Assembly: GCA_009914755.4 (NCBI GenBank)
Contig: CP068257.2
Span: forward strand, 1,056,001-1,120,000
Direction: 5' to 3'
Length of the DNA: 64,000 bases
Source of the DNA: the human T2T-CHM13v2.0 reference genome, Homo sapiens
The position numbers and the translations under genes were made by a program. The notes under the pieces were generated by a model. That model was given only the letters and a program-made list of their open reading frames with translations. It was not told where the DNA came from and did not search any database. Positions 19,791 through 33,800 of this stretch are shown piece after piece. The first letter of the stretch is position 1, and the number at the start of each line of letters is the position of its first letter.

Positions 19791-22700
19791 CCTGTCTAGG
19801 CTCTGCCTACAGGGGCTTTGTGACATATCTCTGCAGTGATCACCCAGGTGATGGGACTTTTGTCTAGCCTCTGCCTATGGGGGCATTGTGACATATCTCT
19901 TCACTGATCACCCAGGTGATGTAACTGTTGTGTTGGATCTGCCTATGGGGGCATTGTGAGATATTTCTGCACTGGTCACCCAGGTGATGGGACCCTTGTC
20001 TAGGCTCTGTGTACGGGGGCTTTGTGACATATCTCTGCACTGATCACCCAGGTGATGTAACGCTTGACTAGGCTCTGTCTACGGGGCATAGTGACATATC
20101 ACTACATTGATCACCGAGGTGATGTAACTCTTGCCCAGACTCGGCCAATAAAGGGCCTTGTGACATATCTCTGCGCTGGTCACCAAGGTGATATAACAGT
20201 TGCTTACACTCTGGCTGCAGGGGCATTGTGAAATATCTCTGCACTGATCCCCCAGGTGATGGGACTCATTTCTAGGCTCTGCCTCCTGGGGGAATTGTCA
20301 TATATTTCTGCACTGATCACCCAGGTAACAGACTCTTGTCTTGGATTTGCCTATGGGGGCATTGTGACATATCTCTGCACTGATCACCCAGGTGATGTAA
20401 CCCTGGTCTAAGCTCTGCCTAAAGGGGCATTGTGACAGGTCTCTGCAATGATCACTCAGGTGATGTAACTATTGTCTAGGCTCTGCTTAAATGGGCCTTG
20501 TCACATATCACTGCACTGATCACCCAGGTGACGTAACTCTTGTCTAGGCTCTGCTTTCAGGTGGTATTGTGACATATCTCTGCACTGATCACATAAGTGA
20601 TGTAACAATTGTGTAGGCTCTGCCTACAGGGGCATTTTGACATATCTCTGCACTGTTAAACGAGGTGATGTAACTCTTGTCTAGGCTGTGCCCACAGGGG
20701 TATTGATACACGTCTCTGCACTGATCCCGAGGTGATCGAACTCTTGTCTGGTCTCTGCCTACTGGGGACATTGTGACATAACTCTGCACTGATCTCCCAG
20801 GTGCTGTAACTTCAATCTAGGCTCTGGCTACACGGCATTGTGACATATCACTGCACTGATCAACCAGGTGATATAACTCTTGTATAGGCTCTGCCTACAG
20901 GGGGTTTGTGACACATCTCTGCATTAATCACCCAGGTGATATAACTCTTCTCTAGGATCTGCATACAGGGTGCTTTGTGACATATCCCTGCAATGATCAC
21001 CCAGGTGATATACCACTTGTCAAGGCTCTGCCTACAGGGGCATTGTGACAGAACACTGCACTGATCACCCAGGTGATGGGACCCTTGTCTAGTCTCTTCC
21101 AACCGTGGCATTGTGACATATCTCTGCACAGATCACGCAGGTGATGTAAATCTTTTCTAGGATCTACCTACAGGGTGCTTTGTGACATGTCTCTGCAGTG
21201 ATCACCCAGGTGATATACCACTTGTCAAGGCTCCGCCTACAGGGACATTGCGATGTATCTCTGCACTGATCACCTATGTCATGTAACTCTTGTCTAGTCT
21301 CTGCCTACAGTGGCATTGTGACATATCTCTGCACTGATCATCCAAGTGATGTAACTCTTGTCTAAGATCTGCCTAAAGGGACTTTGTAACATAACTCTGC
21401 ACTGATCATCCAGGTGATGGGGCTTTTGTCTAGGCTCTGCCTAAGGGGGCATTGTGACAGATTTCTGCACTGATCACCCAGGTGACGGACTCTTGTCTTG
21501 GATCTGCCTATGGGCGCATTTTGACATACCTCTGCACTGATCACCCAGGTGATGTAACTATTGTATAAGCTCTCCCTACAGGGGAATTGTGAGAGATCTC
21601 ACCACTGATCACCCAAGTGATATAATTATTGTCTAGGCTTTGCCTACAGTGGGCTTTGTGACATACCATTGCACTGATCAGCCAGGTGATGTAACTCATC
21701 TAAGTTTTGTCTACAGAAGCTTTGTGACATATCTCTACACTGATCACTTAGGTGATGTAACGATTTTATAAGCACTGCCTACAGGGAATTTTGACAAATC
21801 TCTGCACTGATCACCTAGGTGATGTAACTCTTGTCTACCCTCTGCCCAGAGGGGGCATTGTGAAATATCTCTGCACTGATCACCCAGGTGATTCAACTCT
21901 TGTCTAGGATCTGGCTACAGGGGGTATTGTGAAATATCTCTGCACTGATCAACCAGGTGACGTAAATGTTGTCTAGTCTCTGTCTTGTCTATGCTCTGCC
22001 TACAGGGGCAATGTGACATATCTCTGCAGTGATCACGCAGGTGATGTAACTATTGTCTATATCTGCCTACTGATGGCATTGTGGCATATTTCTGCACTGA
22101 TCACCCAGGTGATGGACTCATGTCTTGGATCTGCCTATGAGGCATAGTGACATATCTCTGCACTGATCACTCATGTGATCAAACGCTTGTCTAAGCTGCG
22201 CCTAAAGGGGAATTGTGACAGATATCTCCACTGATCACCCAGGTGATGTAACAATTTTCTGGGATTTGTCTACTGGGGGCTTTGTGACACATCTTTGCAC
22301 TGATCACCCAGGAGATGTAACTCTTGTCTAGGCTCGGCCTACAGGTGTTTTGTGATATAGTTCTGCACTGATCACCCAGGTGATGTAACACTTGTCTAGG
22401 CTCCGCCTACAGGGGCTTTGTGACATATCTCTGCACTGATCACCCGGGTGATGTAACTCTTGTCTAGGCTCCACCTACAGGGGGTATTGTGACGTATCTC
22501 TCCACTGATCACCCAGGTGATGTAACATTTTTCTAGGCTCTGCCTACTGGGGCGTTTTGACATAGCTATGCACAGATCACCTAGGTTGTGTTACTCTTGT
22601 CCACTTTCTGCCTACAGGGGGCATTGTGAAATATCTCTGCACTGATCACCCAGGTAATGGGACCTTTCTCTTTACTCTGCCTAGAGGAGGATTTGTGACA

Positions 22701-25700
22701 TATCTCTGCACTGAACACCCAGGTGATGTGCCACTTGTCAAGGCTCTGCCTACAGGACATTGTGATGTATCTCTGCACTGATCACCTAGGTGATGTAACT
22801 CTTGTCTAGGCTGTTTCTACAGTGGCATTGTGACATATCTCTGCACTGATCATCCAAGTGAAGTAACTCTTGTCTAGTATCTGCCTAAAGGGACTTTGTG
22901 ACATAACTCTGCACTGATCATCCAGGTGATGGGCTTTTGTCTAGGCTCTGCCTAGGGGGCATTGTGGCATATTTCTGCACTGATCACCCAGGGGATGGAC
23001 TCTTGTCTTGGATCTGCCTATGGGGGCATTGTGACATATCTCTGCACTGATCACCCAGGTGATGTAACTGTTGTATAAGCTCTGCCTACAAGGGAATTGT
23101 GAGAGATCTCGCCACTGATCACCCAAGTGATGTAACTATTCTCTAGGCTTTGCCTATAGGGGGCTTTGTGACATACCTTTGCACTGATCAGCCAGGTGAC
23201 GTAACTAAGCTAAGTTCTGCCTACAGGAGCTTTGTGACATATCTCTGCACTGATCACTTAGGTGATGTAACACTTTTACAAGCACTGCCTACAGGGAATT
23301 TTGACGAATCTCTGCACGGATCATGTAGGTGATGTAACTCTTGTATACCCTCTGCCCAAAGGGGGCATTGTGAAATATCTCTGCACTGATCACCCAGGAG
23401 ATTCAACTCTTTTCTACGATCTGCCTACAGGGGGTATTGTGAGATATCTCTGCACTGATCAACTAGGTGTTGTAAATAGTTTCTAGGCTCTGCCTACAGG
23501 GGCGTTTTCACGTTTCCCTGAACTGATGACAAAGGTGACGTAACTCTTGCCTTGGCTTTGCCTACAGGGGACATTGTGACATACCTCTGCACTGATCACC
23601 CAGGTGATGCCACTCCTCTCTATGCTCTGCCTTCAGGGGACATTGTGACATATCTCTGCAATGATCACCGAGGTGATGTAACTCTTTTCTAGTCTCTGCC
23701 TACAGAGGGCGTTGTGACATCACTCTGCATGGATCACCCGGGTTATGTAACTCTGGTCTAGGCTCTACCTATAGGGGTATTGTGACTTATCTCTGCACTG
23801 ATCACCCAGGAGATGTGACACTTGTCTATGCTCTGCATAGAGGGACATTGGGACATATCTCTGCACTGATCACTGAGGTGATGTAAAAGTTGTCTAGGCT
23901 TTGCCTACAGTGGGATTTATGACATATCTCTGCACTGATCACCCAGGTGATGTAACTCTTCTCTAGGATCTGCCTACAGGGTGCTTTGTGACATATCCCT
24001 GCAATGATTACCCAGGTGATATACCACTTATCAAGGCTCTGCCTACAGGGACATTGCGATGTATGCCTGCATTGATCACCTAGGTAATGTAACTCTTGTC
24101 TAGGCTCTGCCTACAGTGGCATTGTGACAGATGTCTGCACTGATCACCCAGGTGATGCAACTCTTCTCCATGCTCTGCCTACAGGGGACATTGTGACATA
24201 TCTCTGCACTGATCACCAAGGTGATTCAGCTCTTCTTTATGCTCTGCCTTCAGAGGGCATTGCGAAATATCTCTGCACTGATCACTCAGGTGATGTAACT
24301 CTTTTCTAGTCTCTGCCTACAGAAGGCGTTGTGACTTCACTGTGCACGGATCACCCGGGTTATGTAACTGTTGTCTAGGCTCTGCCTATGGGGGCATTGT
24401 GACTTATCTCTGCACTGATCACCCAGGAGATGTGACTCTTGTCTAAGCTCTGCCTGGAGGGACATTGGGACATATCTCTGCACTGATCGCTCAGGTGATG
24501 TAAAATATTTGTAGGCTATTCCTACAGTGGGATTTATGACTTATCTCTGCACTGGTCACCCAGGTGATGTAACTCTTGTCTAGGCTCTGCTTACAGGGCG
24601 TATTGTGAGTTATCTCTGCACTGATCACACTGGTGATGTAACGCTTGTCTAGGCTCTGCCTACAGGAGCATTTTAACATATCACTGCACTGACAACCGAG
24701 ATGATGTAACTCCTGTATAGGCTTTGCCGACAGGGGGCATTGAGACATACCTCTGCACTGATCACCGAGGTGATGCAACTCTTCTCTATGCTCTGCCTAC
24801 AGGGGGCATTGTGACATATCTCTGCAATGATCATCCAAGTGATGTAACATTTGTCTAGGATCTGCCTCAAGTGGCTTTGTGACATAATTCTGCACGGATC
24901 ATCCAGGTGATGGGGATTTTGTCTAGGCTCTGCCTAAGGGGCATTGTGACATGTTTCTGCACTGATCACCCAGGTGACGGACTCTTGTCTTGGATCTGCC
25001 TATGGGGGCATTGTGACATATCTCTGCACTAATAACCCAGGTGATGTAACCGTTGTATAAGCTCTGCCTACAGGGGAATTGTGAGAGATCTCGCCACTGA
25101 TCACCTAGGTGATGTATCTATTGTCTAGGCTTTGTCTACAGGGGGCTTTGTGACATACTTTTGCACTTATCACACAGGTGATGTAACTCATCTAAGTTCT
25201 GCCTACAGGAGCTTTGTGACATATCTCTGCACTGATCATTTAGGTGATGTAACACTTTTATAAGCACTGCCTACAGGGAATTTTGACAAATCTCTGCACT
25301 GATCACCTTGGTGATGTAACTCTTCTCTACCCTCTGCCCAAAGGCGGCATTGTGAAATATCTCTGCATTGATCATCCAAGTGATTCAACTCTTGTCCAGG
25401 ATCTGCCTACAGAGATTATTGTGAAATATCTCTGCACTGATAAACTAGGTGATGCAATTCTTCTCTATGCTCTGCCTACAGGGGACATTGTGACTTATCT
25501 CTGCACTGATCACCCAGGAGATGAAACTCTTTTCTAGTCTGTGCCTACAGAGGGCGTTGTGACATCACTCTGCACGGATCACCCGGGTTATGTAACTCTT
25601 ATCTATGCTCTGTCTATGGGGGCGTCGTGACTTATCTTTGCACTGATCACCCTGGAGATGTGACTCTTGTCTAAGCTCTGCCTAGAGGGACATTGGGACA

Positions 25701-26099
25701 TATCCCTGCACTGATAGCTGAGGTGATGCAAAACTTGTCTAGGCTTTGCCTGCAGTGGGATTTATGACAAATCTCTGCACTGATCACCCAGGTGATGTAT
25801 CTCTTTTCAATACCCTCTGCTTACAGAGGGTATTGTGAGATATCTCTGCACTGATCACCCAGGTGATGTAACTCTTGTGTAGGCTCTGCCTACAGGGGCC
25901 TTTTCACATATCACTGCACTGATCACCGAGATGATGTAACTCTTCTATAGGCTTCGCTGACAGGGGGCATTGAGACATATCTCTGCACTGATCACCGAGG
26001 TGATGCATCTCTTGTCTGGGATGTGCTTACAGGGGGCATTGTGAAATATCTCTGCCCTGATCACCCAGGTGATGTAACTCTTGTCTAGGCTCTGCTTAC
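19791..26099 (+). repeat. Beta-satellite array, orientation F
   Basis: 68-bp monomers, same orientation as the arrays to the left. Confidence 0.9.
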
Positions 26100-27852
26100 T
26101 GCAGTCGGAAGGTGTTGGGAGAACCTCAGCCAAAATTTCACAGATGGACAAGGGCACAGAGAGGCGAGCGACCTCCTTGCACGTCACAAGGGGTGCACAA
26201 TGAGAGCAGGTCTAGCCAGGAGGCTGGCAAAGAGAGCTAGAGGTCTGCGTTTCGCTGCCAGGCGCTCCATTGTGGCAGTTGGGAGGCTGCAGGTGCACGG
26301 GCGGGCTGGCGACGGTGGCGCAGAGGTGCACATGAGGCGAGCCACCGGAGGGGTGTCAGGACTGGACGCTGTGGGTTGCCCGTGTTTCGCGGGACAGGGG
26401 TCTCCGACCAGCCCAGGGGAGGATGCATTTTCCGGGGGTGGGGTTTGGGGTGGGGTGGGGGTGGTCAGGCGGGGGTGGGGTGGTGGAAAGGCATGAGTGC
26501 TCTGCCCTGGCTGCTCCCACAGCCCAGGCGGCTGCCCGCAAACCCACGCGTGTGCAGTAGGTGGCCCACCTGCTGGTACCTGGGCTGGATCTGAGATCCC
26601 CAGGATGCCCAGGAAAGAATGGCAGTTCTCCGCTGTGTAGACTCTCTCACCAGGCCTAGATCTAGAAGGCAGCAATCCCAGGCCGGTCAGCCTGGTTGAG
26701 GGAGCAGGTGGAAGACACGCCGCTCCATAGCCAGCCAGGTGTTCCCCGCGAAAGAGAGGCCACCGCCCTGCCCCGACCTGACCCCGTCCCAAACCCGCGA
26801 CCTAAAGTTCCTCCATCAGAGCCCGGCATTCTTCCTAGCTGAGTGGTGCTTCCAGCAAGACGGCCTCTTGCAAGACCTCCAGCTCCCCCAGGGCCTCCGA
26901 TTCTAGGAATGTTGCGCCTGCTGCAGAATCTCCGGGCTCACAAGGAGCTCATCCAGCAGCCCGGAGGGGAGTGCAGATGAGCACTCCAGCTCCTGGAGCA
27001 CCTGGGAGGGCGCCAGCAGGCCTTACATCTGCCCCTGCCGCACGGAGGCCTCCAGGGGCACGGGCAGGCGAGGTGGAGCTGCCCCGGCTTGGAGTTCCCC
27101 CGCAGCCCCGGTGACCTGCGGTCCCTAGCCCCTGCCCAACCACGGACTCCCCTGGGACGCGGGTGGCACAAGCACACCATGGCCCTGTGGCCCTGCTTGA
27201 GCGGGCCCAGGCTGTCCCACCGCCCAAGGGCCCCACAGGGCGTCACGCTGCAAGACCCGGCCCTCCCGGCTTTTGCCCGGTTGCGGAGGCAACCGAGGAG
27301 CCTGAGGGTGGGAGATCGCCCCTTCCGGAGGAGCAGGGGCGGCGTAGGCAAAATTCCCGCGTGCCGGGACAGGTTGGGAGATCCCTTCTGCCGGCGCGGC
27401 CTGGCTGGGCTGGAGCACGGGGACGGCCCTCGCTCCCTGGATCATGAAGCACCCTGTAGGAGAGCCCCAGGCACGCAGGGCACGTGGGGTGCCAGAAGCC
27501 CTATCCCCGGAAAATGCATCCTCACCTGGGCTGGGTGTAGACCCCCATCCGCGAAATATCAGGCCCGCCCACCGTGCAGGCCTAACACACCTTCAGCGGC
27601 TCGCCTCCTCTGCGCCTCCCCGCCACCATCGCCAGCCCGCCAGTGACCCTGTAGCCTCCCAATTGCCACCATGGAACGCCTGGTGTCGGAATGCAGACCT
27701 CTAGCTCTCTTTGCCAGCCTCCTCACTAGACCTGCGCTCATTGCGCAACCCGGCTGACGTGCAAGGGAGCCCGCTGGCCTCTCTGTGCCCTTGTCCGTCC
27801 GTGAAATTCCAGCTGAGGCTCTCCCAACACCTTTCGATGCTCTTTACTCAAA
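26100..27852. repeat. D4Z4-like unit C: inversion-junction fragment. Antisense 3' flank plus DUX4L C-terminal half (26100 to about 27490) fused to a sense-oriented copy of the 3' flank (about 27495-27852)
   Basis: 26100-26470 and 27495-27852 are inverted, roughly 85% similar copies of the D4Z4-like 3' flank (…ccccggaaaatgcatcc…gccaccatggagcgcctgg…tctagctctctttgccagcctcc…gtgaaattccagctgagg…). The switch from antisense DUX4 body (…ggcacgcagggcacgtggggtgc) to sense 3' flank (ccccggaaaatgcatcctc…) lies at about 27488-27500. Confidence 0.8.
26806..27490 (-). pseudogene. DUX4L: DUX4-like pseudogene fragment (C-terminal half only), truncated at the inversion breakpoint
   Basis: Reverse complement reads …[54 protein letters not shown] degraded C-terminus. 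It is homologous to the units B/D C-terminal regions and has no homeobox part. Confidence 0.7.
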
Positions 27853-30800
27853 GCCTGGAGAATAGTTACATCTCCTGGATGATCAGTTCAGAAATATGTC
27901 ACAATGCCCACTCCCTGCGGAGCCTAGAGAAGATTTGCATCATTTGGGTGATCAGTGCAGAGATATATCACAATGTCCCCTGTACAAAAAGCCTGGAAAT
28001 GATTTACATCACCTCGGTGATCAGTGCATAGGTATGTCAGAAATCCCCAGTAGGCTGAACCTAGACAAGGGTTACATTACTTAGGTGATCAGTGTAGAGA
28101 TATGTGAAAATTCCCGTGTAGATATTTGACACAATGCCCCCGTAGACAGAGCCTAGACAAGACTTCCATTACCTGGGTGATCAGTTCAGATATATGTCAC
28201 AAATCCCCCTCTAGTCAGAGTATAGAGAAGAGTCCCATCACCTGGGTGATCAGTGAAGAGATATTTCACCATGCCCCCTGTAGGCAGAGAGTGGACAAGA
28301 GTTACATAACCTAGGTGATCTGTGCAGAGCTATGTCAAAATGCCCCTGTAGGCAGATCCTAGGTAAATGTTACATCACATTGTTGATCAGTGCAGAGATA
28401 CGTCTCAATACACCTTGTAGGTGGAGCCTAGACAAGAGTTACATCACCTGTGTGATAGGTGCAGAGATATGTCACAATACCCCCTGTAGGTGGAGCCTAG
28501 AGAAGAGTTACCTCACCTGGGTGATCAGTGCAGAAATATGTCACAAAGCCCCTGTAGGCCAAACCTAGACAAGCGTTACATCTCCTGGGTGATCAGTGCA
28601 AAGATATGTCACAAAGCCCCCTGTAGACAAATCCCAGAAAATTGTTACATCACCTGAATGATCAGTGGAGATATCTGTTCCATTTCCCCTTTAGGCGCAG
28701 TTTAGACAAGCGTTACATCACATGAGTAATCAGTGCAGAGATATGTCACTATGACCCCATAGGCAGATAAAAGACAAGAGTCTATCACCTGGGTGGTCAG
28801 TGCAGAAATATGCCACAATGCCGCCTGTAGGCCGATATAGACAAGAGTTACATCACCTGCGTGATCACTGCAGAGATATGTCACAATGCCCCTGTAGGCA
28901 GAGCCTAGACAAGGGTCCCATCACCTGGGTGATCAGTGCAGAGTTATGTCACAATGCCCCCTTTTGTCAGAGCCTACACAAGGGTTACATCACGTGGGTG
29001 ATCAGTGCAGATGTGTGTCACACGCCCCCTGTAGCCAGACCCTAGACAAGAGTTACATCAGCTGTGTAATCAGCGCAGTGACATGTCACAATGTCCCTGT
29101 AGCCAAATCCTTGAGAAATATGACATCACCTGGTTGATCAATGCGGAGATATGTCACAATGTCTCCAGTAGGCAGAGCCTAGACAAGAGTTGCATCACCT
29201 CGGTGATCAGTGCACAGATATGTCTCAATGCCCCCTGTCGTCAAAGCCTATACAAGAGTTACATCATCTCTGTGATCAGTGCAGTGATATGTTAAAATGC
29301 CCCTGTAGGCAGAGCCTAGACAAGAGTTACATCACCTGAGTGATCAGTGCAGAGATATGTCATAAATCCCACTGTAGGCAAAGCCTTGACAAGTTTTACA
29401 TCACCTCAGCGATTAGTGCAGATATATGTCCCAATGTCCCTCTGGGCAGAGCTTAGAAAAGAGTCACACCTCCTGGGTGATCAGTGCAGAGATAAGGCAC
29501 AATGCCCCCTTAGGCAGAGCCTAGACAAGAGTTACATAACCCGGGTGATCCGTGCAGAGTGATGTCACAACTCCCTCTGTAGGCAGAGACTAGAAAAGAG
29601 TTACATCACCTGGGTAAGCAGTGCAGAGGTATGTCACAATGCTCCCTGTAGGCATAGCATAGAGAAGAGTTGCATCACCTGGGTGATCAGTGCAGAGAGA
29701 TGTCACAATGTGCCCTGTAGTCAGAGCATAGAGAACAGTTGCATCACCTGTGTGATCCGTGCAGAAATATGTCACAAAGCCCCCATACACAGAGCCTAGA
29801 CAAGAGTCCCATCACCTGGGTGATCAGTGCACAAATATGTCACAATGCCCCAATAGGCAGATCCAACACAAGAGTTACATCACCTGGGTGATCAGTGTAG
29901 AGATATGTCACAATGCCCCCATAGGCAGAGCCTAGACAAAAGTTCCATCACCTGGTTGATCAATGCAGAGATATGTCATAAAGCCCCTTTAGGCAGAGCC
30001 TAGACAAGAGTTACATAACCAGGGTGATCCGTGCAGAGATATTTCACAATACCCCCTGTAGGGTGATCCAAGACAAGAGTTGAATCACCTGGGTGGTCAG
30101 TGCAGAGATATTTCACAATGCCCCCTTTGGGCAGAGGGTAGACAAGAGTTACATCACCTAGGTGATCAGTGCTGAGATTTGTCAAAATACCCTGTAGGCA
30201 GTGCTTATAAAAGTGTTATATCACCTAAGTGGGCAGTGCAAAGATATGTCACAAAGCTGCTGTAGGCAGAACTTAGATAAGTTACATCACCTGGGTGATC
30301 AGTGCAAAGGTATGTCACAAAGCCCCCTGTAGGCAAAGCCTAGACAATAGTTACTGAACTTGGGTGATCAGAGGCGAGATCTCTCACAGTTCCCCTGTAG
30401 GCAGAGCTTATACAACAGTTACATCACCTGGGTGATCAGTGTAGAGATATGTCACAATGCCCCCATAGGCAGATCCAAGAGAAGAGTCCGTCACCTGGAT
30501 GATCAGTGCAGAAATATGTCACAATGCCACCTTAGGCAGAGCCTAGACAAAAACCTCATCACCTGTATGATCAGTGCAGCGTTATGTCACAAAGTCCCTT
30601 TAGGCAGATCCTAGACAAGTGTTACATCACCTGGATGATCAGTGCAGAAATATGTCACAATGCCACTGCAGGCAGAGTCTAGACAAGTGTTACATGACCT
30701 AGTTGATCAGTGCAGAGATACATCACAATGCCCCTGTAGGCAGATCTTTGACAAGTGGTACATCACCCGGGTGATCATTGCAGGGATGTGTCACAAAGCA

Positions 30801-33800
30801 CATTGTAGGGAGATCCTACAAAAGAGTTACATCACCTGGGTGATCAGTGCAGAGATATGTCACAATGCCACTGTAGGCAGAGCCTAGACAAGATTTACAT
30901 TACCTAAGTGATCAGTGCAGAGATACATCGCAATGCCCCTGTAGGCAGAGCCTTGACAAGCGGTATATCACCTGGGTGATCAGTGCAGAGATATGTCACA
31001 ATGCCGTGTAGCCAAAGCCTAGACTAAAATTACAGCACCTGGGAGATCAGTGCAGAGGTATGTGACAATGTCCCCAGTAGGCAGAGACCAGGCAAGAGTT
31101 GGATCACCTCGGGATCAGTGCAGAGATATGTCTCAATCACCGTCTGGGCACAGCCTAGACAAGAGTTACATCACCTCGGTTAACAGTGCAGAGATATGTC
31201 AAAACGCCCCTGTAGGCAGAGCCTACACAATTGTTACATCACTTAGGTGATAAGTGCATAGATATGTCACAATATGCCCTGTAAGCAGAGCCTAGACAAG
31301 AGTTACATAACCTGGGTGATCAGTGCAGAGATATGTGACAAGGCCCCTTTAAGCAGAGCATAGACAATACTTACATCACCTGAGTGATCAGTGCACAGAT
31401 CTATCAAAATGCCCCTTTAGGCAGAGCTTAGACCAGAGTTACATCACCTGGGTGATCAGTGCAGAGAGATGTCACAATGCCCCCATAGGCAAATCCAAGA
31501 CAAGACTCCGTCACCTGGGTGATCAGTGCAGAAATATGTGACAATGACCCCAGCAGGCAGAGCCTATAGAAGAATCCCATCACCTGGGTGATCAGTGCAG
31601 AGATATTTCACAATGCGCCTGCAGGCAGAGCATAAGCAAGAGTTACATCACCAAAAGATCAGTGCAGAGATATGTCACAAGCCCCCCAATAGGCAGAGCC
31701 TGGACAAGAGTTACATCACCTTCGTGATCAATGCAGTGATATGTCACTATGCCCCGTAGGCAGTGCCTAGTCAAGCGTTACATCACCTGGGTGATCAGTA
31801 CAGAGATATGTCACAAAGCCCCCAAACACAGAGCCTAGACAAGAGTCCCATCACCTTGGTGATCAGTGAAGAAATATGTCACAATGCCCCCATAGGCAGA
31901 TACAACACAAGAGTTACATCACCTGGATGATCCGTGTAGAGATATGTCACAATGCCCACATAGGCAGGGCCTAGACAAAAGTCCCATCACCTGGGTGATC
32001 CGTGCAGAGTGATGTCACAACGCCCTCTGTAGGCAGAGACTAGAAAATTGTTGCATCACCTAGGTGATCAGTGCAGAGATATGTTTAAATGCCCCCTGTC
32101 GGTGAAGCCTATACAAGAGTTACATCATCTCGGTGATCAGTGCAGTGATATGTTAAAATGCCCCTGTAGGCTAGGCAAGAGTTACATCACCAGGGTTATC
32201 AGTGCAGAGATATCTACAATACGCCCTGTAAGCAGAGCCTAGACAAGTGTTACATCAGCTGGTGATCAGTGCAGAGATATGTCATAAATCCCACTGTAGG
32301 CAAAGCCTATACAAGTTTTCCATCACCTCAGCGATCAGTGCAGAGATATGTCCCAATGCCCCTCTAGGCAGAGCATAGACAAGAGTTACATAACCCGGGT
32401 GATCCGTGCAGAATGATGTCACAACGACCTCTGTAGACAGAGACTAGAAAAGAGTTACATCACCTGGGTGATCAGTGCAGAGATATGTCACAATGCCCCC
32501 TGTAGGCAGAGCATAGAGAAGAGTTGCATCACCTGGGTGATCAGTGCAGAGATATGTCACAATATCCCCTATAGGCAAAGCCTAGGCAAGAGTTACATCA
32601 CCTTTGTCATTCATTCAGTGATATGTGAAAATGCCCCAGTAGGCAGAGCCTAGACAAGAGTTACATCACCTAGTTGATCAGTGCAAAGATATTTCACAAT
32701 ACCTAAATTCCCTGTAGGCTGTGCTTATAAAAGTGTTACATCACATAAGAGATCAGTGCAGAGATATGTCACAAAGCTCCTGCAGGCAGAACTTAGATGA
32801 GTTACACAACCTGTGTGATCAGTGCAAAGGTATGTCACAAAGCCCCCTGTATTCAAAGCCTAGACTATCGTTACATCACTTGGGTGATCAGTGGCGAGAT
32901 CTCTCACAATTCCCCTGTAGGCAGAGCTTATACAACTGTTACATCACCTGGGTGATCAGTGCAGGGATATGTCCCAATGCCCCAATAGGCAGATCCAAGA
33001 CAAGAGTCCATCACCTGGGTGATCAGTGCAAAGGTATGTCACAAAGCCCCCTGTAGGAAAAGCCTAGACAATAGTTACATAACTTGGGTGATCAGTGGCA
33101 AGATCTCTCACAATTCCCCTGTAGGCAGAGCTTATACAACAGTTACATCACCTGGGTGATCAGTGCAGAGATATTTCACAATACCCCTGCAGGCAGAGCG
33201 TAAGCAAGTGTTACATCACCTAGGTGATCAGTGTAGAAATATGTCACAAGGCCCCCTATGGGCAGAGACTGGAGAAGAATTACATCACCTCGGTGATCAA
33301 TGCAGTGATATATCACTATGCCCCGTAGGCAGAGCCTAGTCAAGCATTACATCACCTGGGAGATCAGTGCAGAGATATTTCACAATACCCCCCGTAGGCA
33401 GATCCTAGACAAGAGTTGAATCACCTGGTTGATCAGTGCAGAGATATATCACAATGCCCCCTTTGGGCCGAGGGGAGACAAGAGTTACATCACCTAGGTG
33501 ATCAGTGCAGAGATTTGTCAAAATTCCCTGTAGGCAGTGCTTATAAAAGTGTTACATCACCTAAGTGATCAGTGCAGAGTTATGTCACAAAGCTCCTGTA
33601 GGCAGAACTTAGATGAGTTACGTCACCTCTGTGATTAGTGCTATGGTATGTCACAAAGCCCCCTTTAGGCAAAGCCTAGACAAGAGTTACATCACTTGGG
33701 TGATCAGTGGCAGGATCTCTCACAATTCCCCTGTCGGCAGAGCTTATACAACATTTACATCACCTGGGTGATCAGTGCAGACATACGTCCCGATGCCCCC

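Noticed and set aside
21950-22010. Small irregularities in beta-satellite (e.g. duplicated 'gtctagtctctgtcttgtctatgctctgcc' at about 21960-22010; truncated monomer at about 15600-15640)
   Set aside because: Ordinary indel variation between satellite monomers; no sign of an inserted element.
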